Origin: Candidatus Falkowbacteria bacterium
GTDB lineage: Bacteria; Patescibacteriota; Patescibacteriia; JAACEG01
Length of the DNA stretch: 64,000 nucleotides
Reading direction: 5' to 3'
Assembly (NCBI GenBank): GCA_018651725.1
Contig: JABIDK010000005.1
Coordinates: 64-64,063 of the forward strand
In this document: piece by piece, positions 18,294 to 27,861 of the stretch
How the letters are laid out: each line of letters opens with the position of its first letter
How positions within the stretch are numbered: position 1 is the first letter of the stretch
The notes under the pieces: model-generated
What the model saw: only the letters and a program-made list of their open reading frames with translations
The model's database searches: none
Told to the model about the DNA's origin: nothing
Program-made: the position numbers and the translations under genes

Positions 18294-19130
18294 TTAAATT
18301 TTCCATTTTTGTTTTATTTTTTCTATATCTAAAATATTCAAAGTCTCCTTGTTTATTTCAGTGCTTCTTTCCAGAAACTCATCTTCTCTCATATTACTAT
18401 TTTCAAGGTCTATAAAAAATTTTATAATTTTAATTTTTTTAGGAGATTCAGTTGGTAAGTCACAGGCAAAGTATTTAAGATAATCTTCAAGATATCCCAT
18501 TGAAGACACCAGTTCTTTTTTAGCAATTTCAGGGTTGTTTGTTATTTCTTCTATATAACTATTTAATAAATTTATTTCTTGAGGAAGCTTATTGTATATA
18601 TTTTCAGGTAATTCAGGAAATTTTTTTCTTGTTGTGTCTGTTTCTTCCTCTTCTCTGAATTCATATTGTTCATCAGAACCTTTCATTGGAAATGCTTTTA
18701 AGCCACTTTTTTTTAACTCCGTCCGTTCTTCTTCTGTTAAATTTTCCAAAGAAACAATATCTCCATTTTTGTTTTTTGCAAAATATTTATTTTCACCAAT
18801 AAAATACTTTCCGTTTTCATAATTTTTTGCATATCTATCGGCGGTTGATATAATAGAATTTCCAAATATATGAACAAAATGATTATTTGGTTCAATTTTG
18901 GGTAAATCACTATCTTTAAATGTTTCTGAAATAGAATTTTTAAAATCTTTAGCGTTTTGCTGCATTTTATTTCGATCTTCTTCTTTGATTATATTTTGTT
19001 CAACCAAATAAAAAGCAAGATCACTTTCTAAAAAGTGTTTATAGTCTTTTAACCTTTCCAGTGTAAGCTCGAGCCTTTTTGCATTTTCTCTTTTAGGATC
19101 AAATGACTCCCCGTGCATTTGTTCAGACAT
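18294..19130 (-). CDS. hypothetical protein (278 aa)
   Basis: Long ORF in operonic position after alaS; acidic/Lys-rich, no motif recognised. Confidence 0.5.
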   Translation of the reverse strand: MSEQMHGESFDPKRENAKRLELTLERLKDYKHFLESDLAFYLVEQNIIKEEDRNKMQQNAKDFKNSISETFKDSDLPKIEPNNHFVHIFGNSIISTADRYAKNYENGKYFIGENKYFAKNKNGDIVSLENLTEEERTELKKSGLKAFPMKGSDEQYEFREEEETDTTRKKFPELPENIYNKLPQEINLLNSYIEEITNNPEIAKKELVSSMGYLEDYLKYFACDLPTESPKKIKIIKFFIDLENSNMREDEFLERSTEINKETLNILDIEKIKQKWKI

Positions 19131-19196
19131 AAATTTAAAATTATTGATTTGTATAATTTTAGTTTAGTTTTTTAGTTGGTTGATGTCAATGAATTT

Positions 19197-19703
19197 CTAT
19201 AATTCATTTAATAATATCAATTCCGGTTTTTTAAGGTTGGTATCAAAAATCGCAAAACTTGGTTGGAAAAACACTCCGCCAGTTGTCCCGGGATTTAGCA
19301 AAATGGTTTTGTTTATTGTTTCTATTGTTGGTTTATGGCTGTGTCCGAAAAATACTAAGTTAAATTTTTCTGATTTAGCTAGATTTTTGGCGATCCAAGG
19401 ATAATGTGTAATTGCGATTTTTAATTTATCTATTTTAAATTCCCCGATTTTATCAAAAATTTGTATAGTTTTATTTTCAGAATTTTTGATTTTTTTACCG
19501 TCTTCTTCATGCCATTCTTCATTATTACCAAAAACATAATATAAATCACCTTTAAAATTTTCAATTAAAAAAGAAAAAGTGTCATAAAGTACCAAATCTC
19601 CACAGCAAATTAAAGTTTTAATTTTATTTTTATTTATGTAATTTAAAGCTTTTTCTAAATTAGCTAAATTATCATGAACATCAGAAATAATAGCAAACTT
19701 CAT
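19197..19703 (-). CDS. metallophosphoesterase (YfcE/MJ0936-like phosphodiesterase)
   Basis: [18 protein letters not shown] motifs. Confidence 0.8.
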   Translation of the reverse strand: MKFAIISDVHDNLANLEKALNYINKNKIKTLICCGDLVLYDTFSFLIENFKGDLYYVFGNNEEWHEEDGKKIKNSENKTIQIFDKIGEFKIDKLKIAITHYPWIAKNLAKSEKFNLVFFGHSHKPTIETINKTILLNPGTTGGVFFQPSFAIFDTNLKKPELILLNEL

Positions 19704-19969
19704 ACAGGATCGTTCCCTCCTTTATTAAATGGATTGCATCTGATTATACGTGAAAGTGTTTTTATCCCACCTCTAATAACCCCATATTTTTTAATCGCCT
19801 GATAACCGTATTCCGAGCAACTTGGATGAAACCGACAATAACCATGCGGAAAAAATATCTTCATAAAACCATGGTCAAATGAAAAAGTCTTTTGATAAAA
19901 ACGGATTAACTTTAAAATAATTTTCCTTGGAAAATAAAAAAAATAATTAATTGTTTCTTTGATGTTCAT
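19700..19969 (-). CDS. yidD: membrane protein insertion efficiency factor YidD
   Basis: [19 protein letters not shown] ... [16 protein letters not shown]; true start probably the internal Met. Confidence 0.85.
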   Translation of the reverse strand: MNIKETINYFFYFPRKIILKLIRFYQKTFSFDHGFMKIFFPHGYCRFHPSCSEYGYQAIKKYGVIRGGIKTLSRIIRCNPFNKGGNDPV

Positions 19970-20088
19970 ATGATATTATAATACTATAAGCAATTTTTAG
20001 AAGCAAGGTGTTAAATAATTGTTTGCGATATGGTATAAATAGCCTATTATATAATAAGTTTAATTTAATTAATATTAGATGCTGATTT

Positions 20089-21234
20089 ATGGACTATAAA
20101 AAAAGATCAATAGAGTTACATAAAAAATATCAAGGCAAAATTGAAATTAAATCAAAAGTTCCGGTTAACAGCAGGGATGATTTGTCTTTGATTTATACGC
20201 CGGGTGTTGCCGGACCGAGTAGAGAAATAGCTCAAGATAAAAGTAAAGCTTATGATTTAACGATGAAGGGACAGACGGTTGCGATTATTAGTGATGGTTC
20301 GGCTGTTTTAGGGCTGGGGAATATTGGTCCGGAGGCGGCTTTGCCTGTGATGGAGGGTAAAGCTGTAATTTTTAAAAAGTTTGTTGGGTTAGATGCTTTT
20401 CCTCTTTGTCTTGATACGCAAGATGTTGACGAAATAGTTCAGACCGTTAAATTTTTAGCACCTAATTTTGCAGCTATAAATTTAGAAGATATTTCTGCGC
20501 CCAGATGTTTTGAGGTAGAAAGACAACTGCAAAATATTGGAATTCCGGTTATGCACGACGATCAGCACGGTACCGCGGTTGTTGTTTTCGCCGGATTAAT
20601 TAATGCTTTAAAAGTTGTTAAAAAAGATTTATCTAAAGTTAAAGTAATTATAGCCGGAGCCGGTGCGGCCGGAGTGGCTATTTTAAAGCTCTTAAAATCA
20701 GCTGGAATGAAAAATGTTTTAGTTTGCGATAGTAAAGGAATAATCTGTTCGCATCGAAAAGATATCTCCAGAAATTCCTACAAGCAAACAATAATAAAAA
20801 CAACCAACGATAAAGGTAAGTGTGGTAGTTTGCAAGATGCCTTAGAAAGAGCCGATGTATTTATCGGCGTGTCCGGGCCCAATACTTTAAAAAAAGAGTG
20901 GATTAAAAAAATGAACAGTAAACCAATTATTTTTGCCATGGCTAATCCTAACCCGGAGATTACTCTAGAAGACGCAACTCAAGGTGGAGCTTATATCATA
21001 GCAACCGGTCGGTCTGATTATCCAAATCAAGTTAACAATGCTCTTGCTTACCCGGGAATCTTTAAAGGAGCAATTGAATGTAGGACAAAAAAAATTACCC
21101 CAAAAATGAAGTTAGCAGCAAGTTATGCAATAGCCGGTTTAATAAAAAAACCAAGTAGAAAAAATATTATTCCAAGCATTCTAAATAAAAAAACTCACGA
21201 AGCAGTCACGCAAGTAGTTAAAAAAGCAGTTTAA
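20089..21234 (+). CDS. maeB: NAD(P)-dependent malic enzyme (short form)
   Basis: LSLIYTPGVAGPS, AIISDGSAVLGLGNIGPEAALPVMEGKAVIFK, MHDDQHGTAVV. Confidence 0.85.
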   Translation: MDYKKRSIELHKKYQGKIEIKSKVPVNSRDDLSLIYTPGVAGPSREIAQDKSKAYDLTMKGQTVAIISDGSAVLGLGNIGPEAALPVMEGKAVIFKKFVGLDAFPLCLDTQDVDEIVQTVKFLAPNFAAINLEDISAPRCFEVERQLQNIGIPVMHDDQHGTAVVVFAGLINALKVVKKDLSKVKVIIAGAGAAGVAILKLLKSAGMKNVLVCDSKGIICSHRKDISRNSYKQTIIKTTNDKGKCGSLQDALERADVFIGVSGPNTLKKEWIKKMNSKPIIFAMANPNPEITLEDATQGGAYIIATGRSDYPNQVNNALAYPGIFKGAIECRTKKITPKMKLAASYAIAGLIKKPSRKNIIPSILNKKTHEAVTQVVKKAV

Positions 21235-21274
21235 GGGTTATTGTATATAAAAAACGATTCCAGCGAATCGTTTT

Positions 21275-21613
21275 TTATATCAATTTTATTTTTTGGAAAG
21301 CTTTTAATATAGCTTGTTCTATTTCTTGAAATTCTTTTTTTTCTATTCCCGGTCTGCAGATTATCACTACATCCAGTCCTTTTTTAATTTTATCCAAGTT
21401 TTTATGAATTACTTCTCTAATTTGCCTTTTAATTTTATTTCTAGCCACAGCCTTTTTGGAGATTTTTGTTGAGACCACAATTCCGAAGCGAGAGTCCGGC
21501 AAATTATTTTCAGTTGCTTTTACTCCTAGAACTTCACTAAAAAAACTTTGACCTACTTTAAAAGCATTGTCAAAGTCTTTTCTGTGTGTTAACCGATTGT
21601 TTTTAGGCAACAT
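21275..21613 (-). CDS. rnpA: ribonuclease P protein component
   Basis: Basic 112 aa, LPKNNRLTHRKDFDNAF ... RFGIVVSTKISKKAVARNKIKRQIRE; directly downstream of rpmH. Confidence 0.85.
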   Translation of the reverse strand: MLPKNNRLTHRKDFDNAFKVGQSFFSEVLGVKATENNLPDSRFGIVVSTKISKKAVARNKIKRQIREVIHKNLDKIKKGLDVVIICRPGIEKKEFQEIEQAILKAFQKIKLI

Positions 21614-21632
21614 AAAACAGGCAACAGATTTA

Positions 21633-21773
21633 TTAAACTGTTGTTAATCTTTTTCTACCTCTGTCCCTTCTGGCTTTTAAGACGTTTTGTCCGTCTTTAG
21701 TTAACATTCTTTTTCGAAAACCATGTTTTTTAGCGGCTTTTCTTGTCTTTGGTTGAAATGTTCTTTTTGGCAT
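21633..21773 (-). CDS. rpmH: 50S ribosomal protein L34 (46 aa, below ORF-track cutoff)
   Basis: Reverse complement translates [46 protein letters not shown]. Confidence 0.9.
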   Translation of the reverse strand: MPKRTFQPKTRKAAKKHGFRKRMLTKDGQNVLKARRDRGRKRLTTV

Positions 21774-21780
21774 ATTTATT

Positions 21781-21820
21781 TAGCTTCTAGCTTTACTAAC
21801 TTCCTTAGCTTCACTAGCTT
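21781..21820 (-). promoter_or_regulatory. array of five AAGCTA-like hexamers with 9-nt period directly 5' of rpmH
   Basis: Minus-sense AAGCTAgtgAAGCTAaggAAGTTAgtaAAGCTAgAAGCTAaataaatATG; no SD sequence. Confidence 0.55.
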
Positions 21821-21909
21821 ATTTAATAATAATTACATTATAGATGGTTTTTATAAAAAATCAAGGGCAAGGGGTTGAATATAAATTATTTTTTGTATAA
21901 TATAAGATT

Positions 21910-22851
21910 ATGTTAAAAAATATTACAATTAAAGAAAATAACGCCAAACAAAGAATAGATAAATTTTTAAGCGAAGAGTTCCCAGAGTACTCTCGTTCTT
22001 TTTGGCAAAAAATGATAAAAGATGATTTGGTTTTAGTAAAAAATAAGAAGGTCAGATCTCATTATAAGTTAGAAGCGGGTGATAAAATTAAAATAACAAA
22101 GAAAGAAGTTAAAAAAGAAGCTAAAGAAAAAGAAATCAGTTTAAAATCCGATAAAAAAATAAAATTTAAAGTTATTTTTGAGAATAATGATTTTTTAGTA
22201 ATCGATAAACCAGTTGGGGTTCCGGTTCATCCGTCCGAAAGCACCCCAAGTAAAACTTTAGTCAATGGATTGCTTGCTAAGTATCCTAAGTTAAAAAATG
22301 TTGGCGAGAACTCAGCTCGTCCCGGCATTGTGCATCGGCTAGACAAAGATGTTTCCGGGGTAATGGTTGTTGCTAAAAACCAAGAAACATTTTTATATTT
22401 AAAAAATCAATTTAAAGAACGAAAAGTAAATAAAGAGTATTTAGCTTTGGCTCATGATAAAGTTGGTAAGGATGAAAGTGAAATTAATTTAAAAATCAGA
22501 AGAAGTAAGAGAACTGGTTTAATGACGATCAGTACGAGAGAAGACGCCAGAGAAGCCAAAACTTTATTTTGGACAGAAAAAAGATTTAAAAATTTCACTT
22601 TTTTAAAAGTAAAAATTTTAACCGGACGCACTCATCAGATTAGAGTTCATTTTAAAAGTTTGGGCCATCCAATTGCCGGAGATAAAATGTATTTTATAAA
22701 AAAATATCAAAAGTTCAAAGCTCCGGGATTAAAAAGAATGTTTTTACATTCTCATAAGTTAGGCTTTAAGGATAAAAACGGAGATGAGTTAGAGTTTATC
22801 GTAGAACTGCCAAAAGAGCTGAAAAATTCTTTAGAAAATTTAGCCCCATAA
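21910..22851 (+). CDS. rluD: RluA-family 23S rRNA pseudouridine synthase (RluD-like)
   Basis: S4-like N-terminus, FLVIDKPVGVPVHP, HRLDKDVSGVMVVAK catalytic Asp motif. Confidence 0.85.
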   Translation: MLKNITIKENNAKQRIDKFLSEEFPEYSRSFWQKMIKDDLVLVKNKKVRSHYKLEAGDKIKITKKEVKKEAKEKEISLKSDKKIKFKVIFENNDFLVIDKPVGVPVHPSESTPSKTLVNGLLAKYPKLKNVGENSARPGIVHRLDKDVSGVMVVAKNQETFLYLKNQFKERKVNKEYLALAHDKVGKDESEINLKIRRSKRTGLMTISTREDAREAKTLFWTEKRFKNFTFLKVKILTGRTHQIRVHFKSLGHPIAGDKMYFIKKYQKFKAPGLKRMFLHSHKLGFKDKNGDELEFIVELPKELKNSLENLAP

Positions 22852-22855
22852 TTTT

Positions 22856-23449
22856 ATGATAGAGCAAAACAAAAAAGTAATAGTAATTGCCGGGCCAACC
22901 GGCAGCGGAGAAAGCACTATTACAAATAAGATAATTGAAAAATATCCTAATTATACTCGTTTGGTTACAGCTACTACAAGACAGCCAAGATTAAAAGAGA
23001 AACAAGCAGTTGATTATTATTTTTTTTCTAAAGAAATATTTTTACAAGAAATAAAAAAAGGAAATATTATTGAATATACTTATGTTAAAAATAGAGATGT
23101 ATATTATGGGAGCTATAAACTCGACCTTGAAGAAAAATTTAAAAAAGGATTAACTGTTGTAGTTAATCCAGATATTGTGGGTACTAAATATTATAAAAAA
23201 TATTATAATGCCGTTACTATTTTTATTAAACCACAATCAATTAATGATTTAACAGGCAGACTTAAGAAAAGAGACCCATCAATAAGCAAAGAAGAATTAA
23301 AAAATAGAATTGAAGATGCTAAAAGAGAGATAGAAGAAGAGGAGCAGTTTTATGACTACATCGTAATCAATCACGAAAATAAACTAGATGAGGCTATTTT
23401 AGAGGTTGAAAATATTATCACAAAAAAAAGGGCCAAAAAGACGGGTTAA
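22856..23449 (+). CDS. gmk: guanylate kinase-like protein with Walker A Lys-to-Glu substitution
   Basis: VATTRQPRLKEKQAVDYYFFSKEIF matches the Gmk TTRxPRxxExxGxDYxF block; P-loop reads GPTGSGEST (codons ggc agc gga gaa agc). Confidence 0.65.
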   Translation: MIEQNKKVIVIAGPTGSGESTITNKIIEKYPNYTRLVTATTRQPRLKEKQAVDYYFFSKEIFLQEIKKGNIIEYTYVKNRDVYYGSYKLDLEEKFKKGLTVVVNPDIVGTKYYKKYYNAVTIFIKPQSINDLTGRLKKRDPSISKEELKNRIEDAKREIEEEEQFYDYIVINHENKLDEAILEVENIITKKRAKKTG

Positions 23450-23594
23450 GATTAACAGGAGAGGAAGGTAGTTGTTAATATTGGTAGTGTGTCTTTTTGG
23501 CCCAAAGGTATTTTTTTGAAGAAAGAACTGTTTTTATTTCTGATTTAATTACACCATACTATCTTTTAAAAGTCAAGCCATTTTACGTAAAGCA

Positions 23595-23623
23595 TTGACA
23601 TAAAAACTAAAATATGGTATATT
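23595..23623 (+). promoter_or_regulatory. sigma70-type promoter with extended -10, upstream of khpA
   Basis: TTGACA (23595-23600), 17-nt spacer, TGgTATATT. Confidence 0.65.
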
Positions 23624-23713
23624 ATCGACAAGTAACCAGTTACTCTAAAAAGGTCGGACTGGTGTAATTGTTCATAGACTCAGAGTCTATACTAATTCAC
23701 TAAAACGAATTAC

Positions 23714-24046
23714 ATGGCTGATAAAACTCCAGATCAAGAGTTTGTAGAATACATTGTGAAAACAATTGTTTCTAATCCTGATGATGTTACAACTGTAAGA
23801 ACAGTTGACGAAATGGGAGTCCTTTTGACTCTTAAAATCAACCAAGCTGACATGGGATTTGTCGTAGGACGACAAGGTCAAACAGCTCGTGCTATCCGCA
23901 CTTTGCTAAAAATTGTTGGTGCTAAAGCTAACGCCAGAATCAATCTAAAGATTGAGGAACCAGAAGGCGGAAGAAGAGCTCCAGCAAGAGCAGAGACTGC
24001 AACTGAAAATGTTAGTACCGATATGGTTGATGATCTAAAAATCTAA
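23714..24046 (+). CDS. khpA: KH-domain RNA-binding protein KhpA (YlqC family)
   Basis: GFVVGRQGQTARAIRTLLKIVG KH-type GxxG loop. Confidence 0.75.
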   Translation: MADKTPDQEFVEYIVKTIVSNPDDVTTVRTVDEMGVLLTLKINQADMGFVVGRQGQTARAIRTLLKIVGAKANARINLKIEEPEGGRRAPARAETATENVSTDMVDDLKI

Positions 24047-24066
24047 GATCAAAGTATATAAATAAA

Positions 24067-24098
24067 AAGCCACAGTTTATTGATTGTGGCTTTTTATT
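24067..24098 (+). terminator. intrinsic terminator after khpA
   Basis: AGCCACAGTTTATTGATTGTGGCT hairpin followed by TTTTATTTAT. Confidence 0.7.
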
Positions 24099-24137
24099 TA
24101 TAAATTTTTGCAAGATTGATTTATTTATATATTATCT

Positions 24138-24785
24138 ATGAAATTTAATATCCTTACAATTTTTCCAAGACTTTTTGATTCTTTTTTACAAGAATCTTTA
24201 ATTAAAAAATCAATTGATAAAAAATTGATTGATTTTAATGTTGTAAATATCCGAGATTTTACAGTTGATAAACATAAAACAGTTGACGATACTTCTTATG
24301 GAGGTGGACCGGGCATGGTTATGAAAATCGAACCAATTTATAAAGCGCTTAAATCTATTAAGAAGAAAAAGAAGAGTAAAATTATTTTATTGACTCCAGC
24401 CGGAAAGCAATTTAATCAAAATATGGCCCAGGAATTTTCTAAATTAGATGAACTTATTTTTGTCTGCGGACGCTACGAAGGAATCGACGCGCGCATAGAT
24501 AATTTTATTGATGAAAAAATCTCTATCGGTTCATATGTTTTAAATGGCGGAGAGATAGCAGCCCAAGTAATCATTGAATCAGTTTTTAGGTTAATTCCTG
24601 GAACATTAGGAAATATAAAATCATTAGAAGAAGAGACCTTTAGCATAACTTCAAATACCAATTTTGAATATCCTCAATACACTCGCCCGGAAGTTTTTGA
24701 GGTAGGTAATAAAAAGCACAAAGTACCAAAAATTTTACTTTCCGGCGATCATAAGAAAATAAAAGAATACAGGGCGAGCCATTGA
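24138..24785 (+). CDS. trmD: tRNA (guanine37-N1)-methyltransferase
   Basis: MKFNILTIFPRLFDSFL, YGGGPGMVMK, VCGRYEGIDARI. Confidence 0.95.
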   Translation: MKFNILTIFPRLFDSFLQESLIKKSIDKKLIDFNVVNIRDFTVDKHKTVDDTSYGGGPGMVMKIEPIYKALKSIKKKKKSKIILLTPAGKQFNQNMAQEFSKLDELIFVCGRYEGIDARIDNFIDEKISIGSYVLNGGEIAAQVIIESVFRLIPGTLGNIKSLEEETFSITSNTNFEYPQYTRPEVFEVGNKKHKVPKILLSGDHKKIKEYRASH

Positions 24786-24866
24786 CTTTTGCTCAAAATA
24801 GTGTATACTTACTAAAAATATAAAACAGCTCTTTTATTAAAACTTTACATATAGTGAGGGAATAAA

Positions 24867-25052
24867 ATGATTGGAGAAACGCCGTTTTTAAGACCAGTAG
24901 TTAGTGGAGAGAGGTTTTACGCTAGCTATCCGGCAGATGTTGTCGTTAAGGTGTCTGGTGTTTCTCGCGCAAAACGAGAAAAACCAAACTGGCTTCGTTT
25001 AGCAGAGTTTAAAAATGCCAAAAAAGGACAAAAGATTGACGTTTTTGTTTAA
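24867..25052 (+). CDS. hypothetical small protein (61 aa)
   Basis: ORF with GAGGGA SD-like sequence upstream; occupies the position where rplS usually follows trmD but is not L19-like. Confidence 0.4.
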   Translation: MIGETPFLRPVVSGERFYASYPADVVVKVSGVSRAKREKPNWLRLAEFKNAKKGQKIDVFV

Positions 25053-25091
25053 ATTGTTTTTTTATATTTAATGTTATAGCGGGAGGGGTGG

Positions 25092-25319
25092 ATGACTGCA
25101 AAGCGAAGCAATAGAAGAAAAAGGAAAGAAAAACACGACAAAGAAGCAAGGAAGATCAAAGTATATTTGGAGGGTTTGAAAAATGGGATTACTAAAAGGG
25201 GGAGAAAATTAAAAAAAGAAGCATGTCCTTTAGCCAGTGATGATTTACAGGCAGAAATAGAAAGATTGCAATTTAACAAAAAAAAGTATCAAAATAAATT
25301 GAATCGCCTTTCTGCTTGA
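25092..25319 (+). CDS. hypothetical small highly basic protein (75 aa)
   Basis: GGAGGGG SD-like sequence upstream; N-terminus RSNRRKRKEKHDKEARK. Confidence 0.4.
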   Translation: MTAKRSNRRKRKEKHDKEARKIKVYLEGLKNGITKRGRKLKKEACPLASDDLQAEIERLQFNKKKYQNKLNRLSA

Positions 25320-25418
25320 TAATATCTTCATATGTTATCAATTGCTCGTAAGATTTTAAAATCAGACGAGCAATTTTTTATTTTGACAAAGATTTGTTTT
25401 GGTATATTATTTAGTTAT

Positions 25419-26657
25419 ATGGAATCAAACCCTTTTGAAAATGTTTTAAAACAACTTAATCAAGTAAAAGAAATAATTAAAATTGAAGAAGATGTTCATA
25501 CTTGTTTTTTGGGTCCGCAGAGATTTTTAGAGGTTTCTATTCCGGTTAAAATGGACAATGGGAAGGTAAAAGTTTTTAAAGGTTTCCGGTCGCAGTATAA
25601 CGATGCCCGAGGTCCTTATAAAGGTGGCATTAGATTTCATCCCGATGTTTCGCGTGATGAAGTAAAGGCGCTTAGTGCTTGGATGACCTGGAAAACAGCA
25701 GTTGTAAATATTCCGCTTGGCGGAGCCAAAGGTGGCGTAATAGCAAATCCAAAAGAAATGTCAGATAGAGAGTTAGAGCATTTATCTCGTGGTTACATCC
25801 GGGCGATATATAAATTTTTAGGTCCAACTATAGATATCCCAGCCCCGGATGTTTATACTGACCCGCGAATTATGGGCTGGATGATGGATGAGTACGAAAA
25901 ATTAGAAGGAGCTCATGCGCCGGGAGTGATTACTGGTAAGCCTCTTTCTCTGGGAGGTTCACAGGTCAGAGAATATGCCACAGCCCAAGGCGCTTTTTAT
26001 GCTTTGGAAGAAGGAGCTAAAAAATTAGGCTTAAATAAAAATGCTACCGTTGGTATTCAAGGTTTTGGTAACGCCGGAAAATTTATTGCCAGACTTTTAG
26101 AAGAGGCCGGATATAAGATAACTGTTATCAGTGACTCCAAAGGAAAGGCTGTAGATTGTAAGGGGCTTGATATCGGAAAAGTGGAAGAGTATAAAACAGA
26201 AAAAGGTTCAGTGCAGGGCTATGAAAACGTTGATGAAATAAACGGAATAAAATGTCTTCATCAAGATGTTGATATTTTAATTCCGGCTGCTCTGGAAAAT
26301 TCTATAGACGAAGAAGAGGCCAAAAAAATCCAAGCCAAGATGATCGTGGAGCTTGCCAATGGACCAATTACTCCGGAGGCGGATAAAATCTTAAAAGAAA
26401 AAAATGTTTTAGTTATTCCTGATATTCTGGCTAACGCCGGCGGTGTTACAGTCAGTTATTTTGAGCAAGTCCAAAATGCTTATGGATACTATTGGGAAGA
26501 AGAAGAGATTTTAGACAAACTAAAAAAGACCATGGTTAATGCTTTTAATGAAATTTGGAAGAAAAAAGAAAAGTACAATACAACCCTAAGAATGGGCGCC
26601 TACGCCCTAGCCATAGAAAGAGTAGCCAAAGCAATGAAGGACCGAGGTTGGGTTTGA
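25419..26657 (+). CDS. gdhA: glutamate dehydrogenase
   Basis: GPYKGGIRFHPDVSRDEVKALSAWMTWKTAVVNIPLGGAKGG; NAD(P)-binding GIQGFGNAGK. Likely start MESNPF (ORF-track ORF begins upstream at 25332). Confidence 0.9.
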   Translation: MESNPFENVLKQLNQVKEIIKIEEDVHTCFLGPQRFLEVSIPVKMDNGKVKVFKGFRSQYNDARGPYKGGIRFHPDVSRDEVKALSAWMTWKTAVVNIPLGGAKGGVIANPKEMSDRELEHLSRGYIRAIYKFLGPTIDIPAPDVYTDPRIMGWMMDEYEKLEGAHAPGVITGKPLSLGGSQVREYATAQGAFYALEEGAKKLGLNKNATVGIQGFGNAGKFIARLLEEAGYKITVISDSKGKAVDCKGLDIGKVEEYKTEKGSVQGYENVDEINGIKCLHQDVDILIPAALENSIDEEEAKKIQAKMIVELANGPITPEADKILKEKNVLVIPDILANAGGVTVSYFEQVQNAYGYYWEEEEILDKLKKTMVNAFNEIWKKKEKYNTTLRMGAYALAIERVAKAMKDRGWV

Positions 26658-26740
26658 TAGGCTCATTATTGACTTTTTATTGTTTTTGCTGTATATATAA
26701 TTATACTTTTAATTATGTTCTTTAACCTTAACAAGAGGAG

Positions 26741-27022
26741 TTGACGATGGTAAAGACAATGGCAGAGGAGTCGGAAATAACGGAGTATAGGGTTTTCTCG
26801 GAAGCTTGGTTACGAGTTGCGAAAAATGACCCTAACATTTTAATTGTTGAAGATGACCATTCCGATCGGCATAGATTTGTTTGTGACGCTCAAGAAGTGG
26901 GGCTCATTCCTTGTATCGCTGTTAATATAAGTGAGGGGATCATGTGTTTGCGCCAGCAGAAATGGGATTATGTTTTGTGGTTTGGTGATTTATTTCCACG
27001 CCAAATTTCAACCGCGGGTTAA
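26741..27022 (+). CDS. GC-rich small ORF resembling a truncated response-regulator receiver domain
   Basis: ILIVEDD at position ~32; ~43% GC versus ~33% flanks; 93 aa, shorter than a complete receiver domain. Confidence 0.35.
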   Translation: MTMVKTMAEESEITEYRVFSEAWLRVAKNDPNILIVEDDHSDRHRFVCDAQEVGLIPCIAVNISEGIMCLRQQKWDYVLWFGDLFPRQISTAG

Positions 27023-27861
27023 AAACAACTCTTCAAAATTTTAATATTCTCTTTATCAGAACCTTCGCCGGAAAAACCGGGGACTTCCAAAATCCAGGGC
27101 AATTTATTTGCCCTGTTTTCTTTTGCTAAATTTTTAAAGCCTTGCAAGCCGATATAGCCCTCGCCGATGTTTTCGTGTCGGTCGCGGCAAGAGCCTGATA
27201 ATGTTTTTGAGTCGTTGATGTGGAGAACGATAATTTTATTTTTTCCAATTTCTTTTTCCCATTCATCAAAAAAAGATTTTATTTTTTGCGGGGTGTATTC
27301 ATCTATAATTCCAGACTCAAATGAATGAGCCGTATCGATACAAACTCCAACTCGAGATGAATTTACTTGCTTGATTATTATCCCGATTTCTTTTGGTGTG
27401 GTACCGACCTTTGTGCCTTCGCCGGCGTTGTTTTCTATTATAAGTTTTGTCTTGCCCGGAACTTTTTCTAAAATTATTTTTATTGCTTCAGAGCATTTTT
27501 TAAGAGCATCTTTTATCTCTAAATCTTTCCTGGTACCGATATGAAATATCACTCCTTCAGCCTCAATTAATTCTGCTATTTTCATTTGTTCAATTAAATT
27601 ATTAATAGATTTATCTCTAATAATATCATCGGGCGTGGCAATGTTAACCAGATACGGAGCATGTAAAAAAATCGGCCCAATATTACTTTCTTTAATTTTT
27701 TCTTTAAACAAATCAGTCTCTTTTTTGCTCGGTAATTTAACTCTCCACTGCCTTGGAGATGAGCCAAAAATTTGAATTGTATTTGCCCCAATACTTTCGG
27801 CATTTTTTATCGCCTTGTGTAGTCCGCCGGCAACCGATACGTGAGCTCCGATTTTTATCAT
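27019..27861 (-). CDS. nfo: endonuclease IV (AP endonuclease family 2)
   Basis: MIKIGAHVSVAGG, FLHAPYLVNIA, xylose-isomerase-like TIM-barrel length. Confidence 0.9.
   Translation of the reverse strand: MIKIGAHVSVAGGLHKAIKNAESIGANTIQIFGSSPRQWRVKLPSKKETDLFKEKIKESNIGPIFLHAPYLVNIATPDDIIRDKSINNLIEQMKIAELIEAEGVIFHIGTRKDLEIKDALKKCSEAIKIILEKVPGKTKLIIENNAGEGTKVGTTPKEIGIIIKQVNSSRVGVCIDTAHSFESGIIDEYTPQKIKSFFDEWEKEIGKNKIIVLHINDSKTLSGSCRDRHENIGEGYIGLQGFKNLAKENRANKLPWILEVPGFSGEGSDKENIKILKSCF

Noticed and set aside
19700-19969. Full 89-aa extent of the yidD ORF as the real protein
   Set aside because: The N-terminal 25 residues are low-complexity and overlap the upstream intergenic region. The conserved YidD domain begins at an internal Met, so the longer ORF is kept only as ORF-track coordinates.
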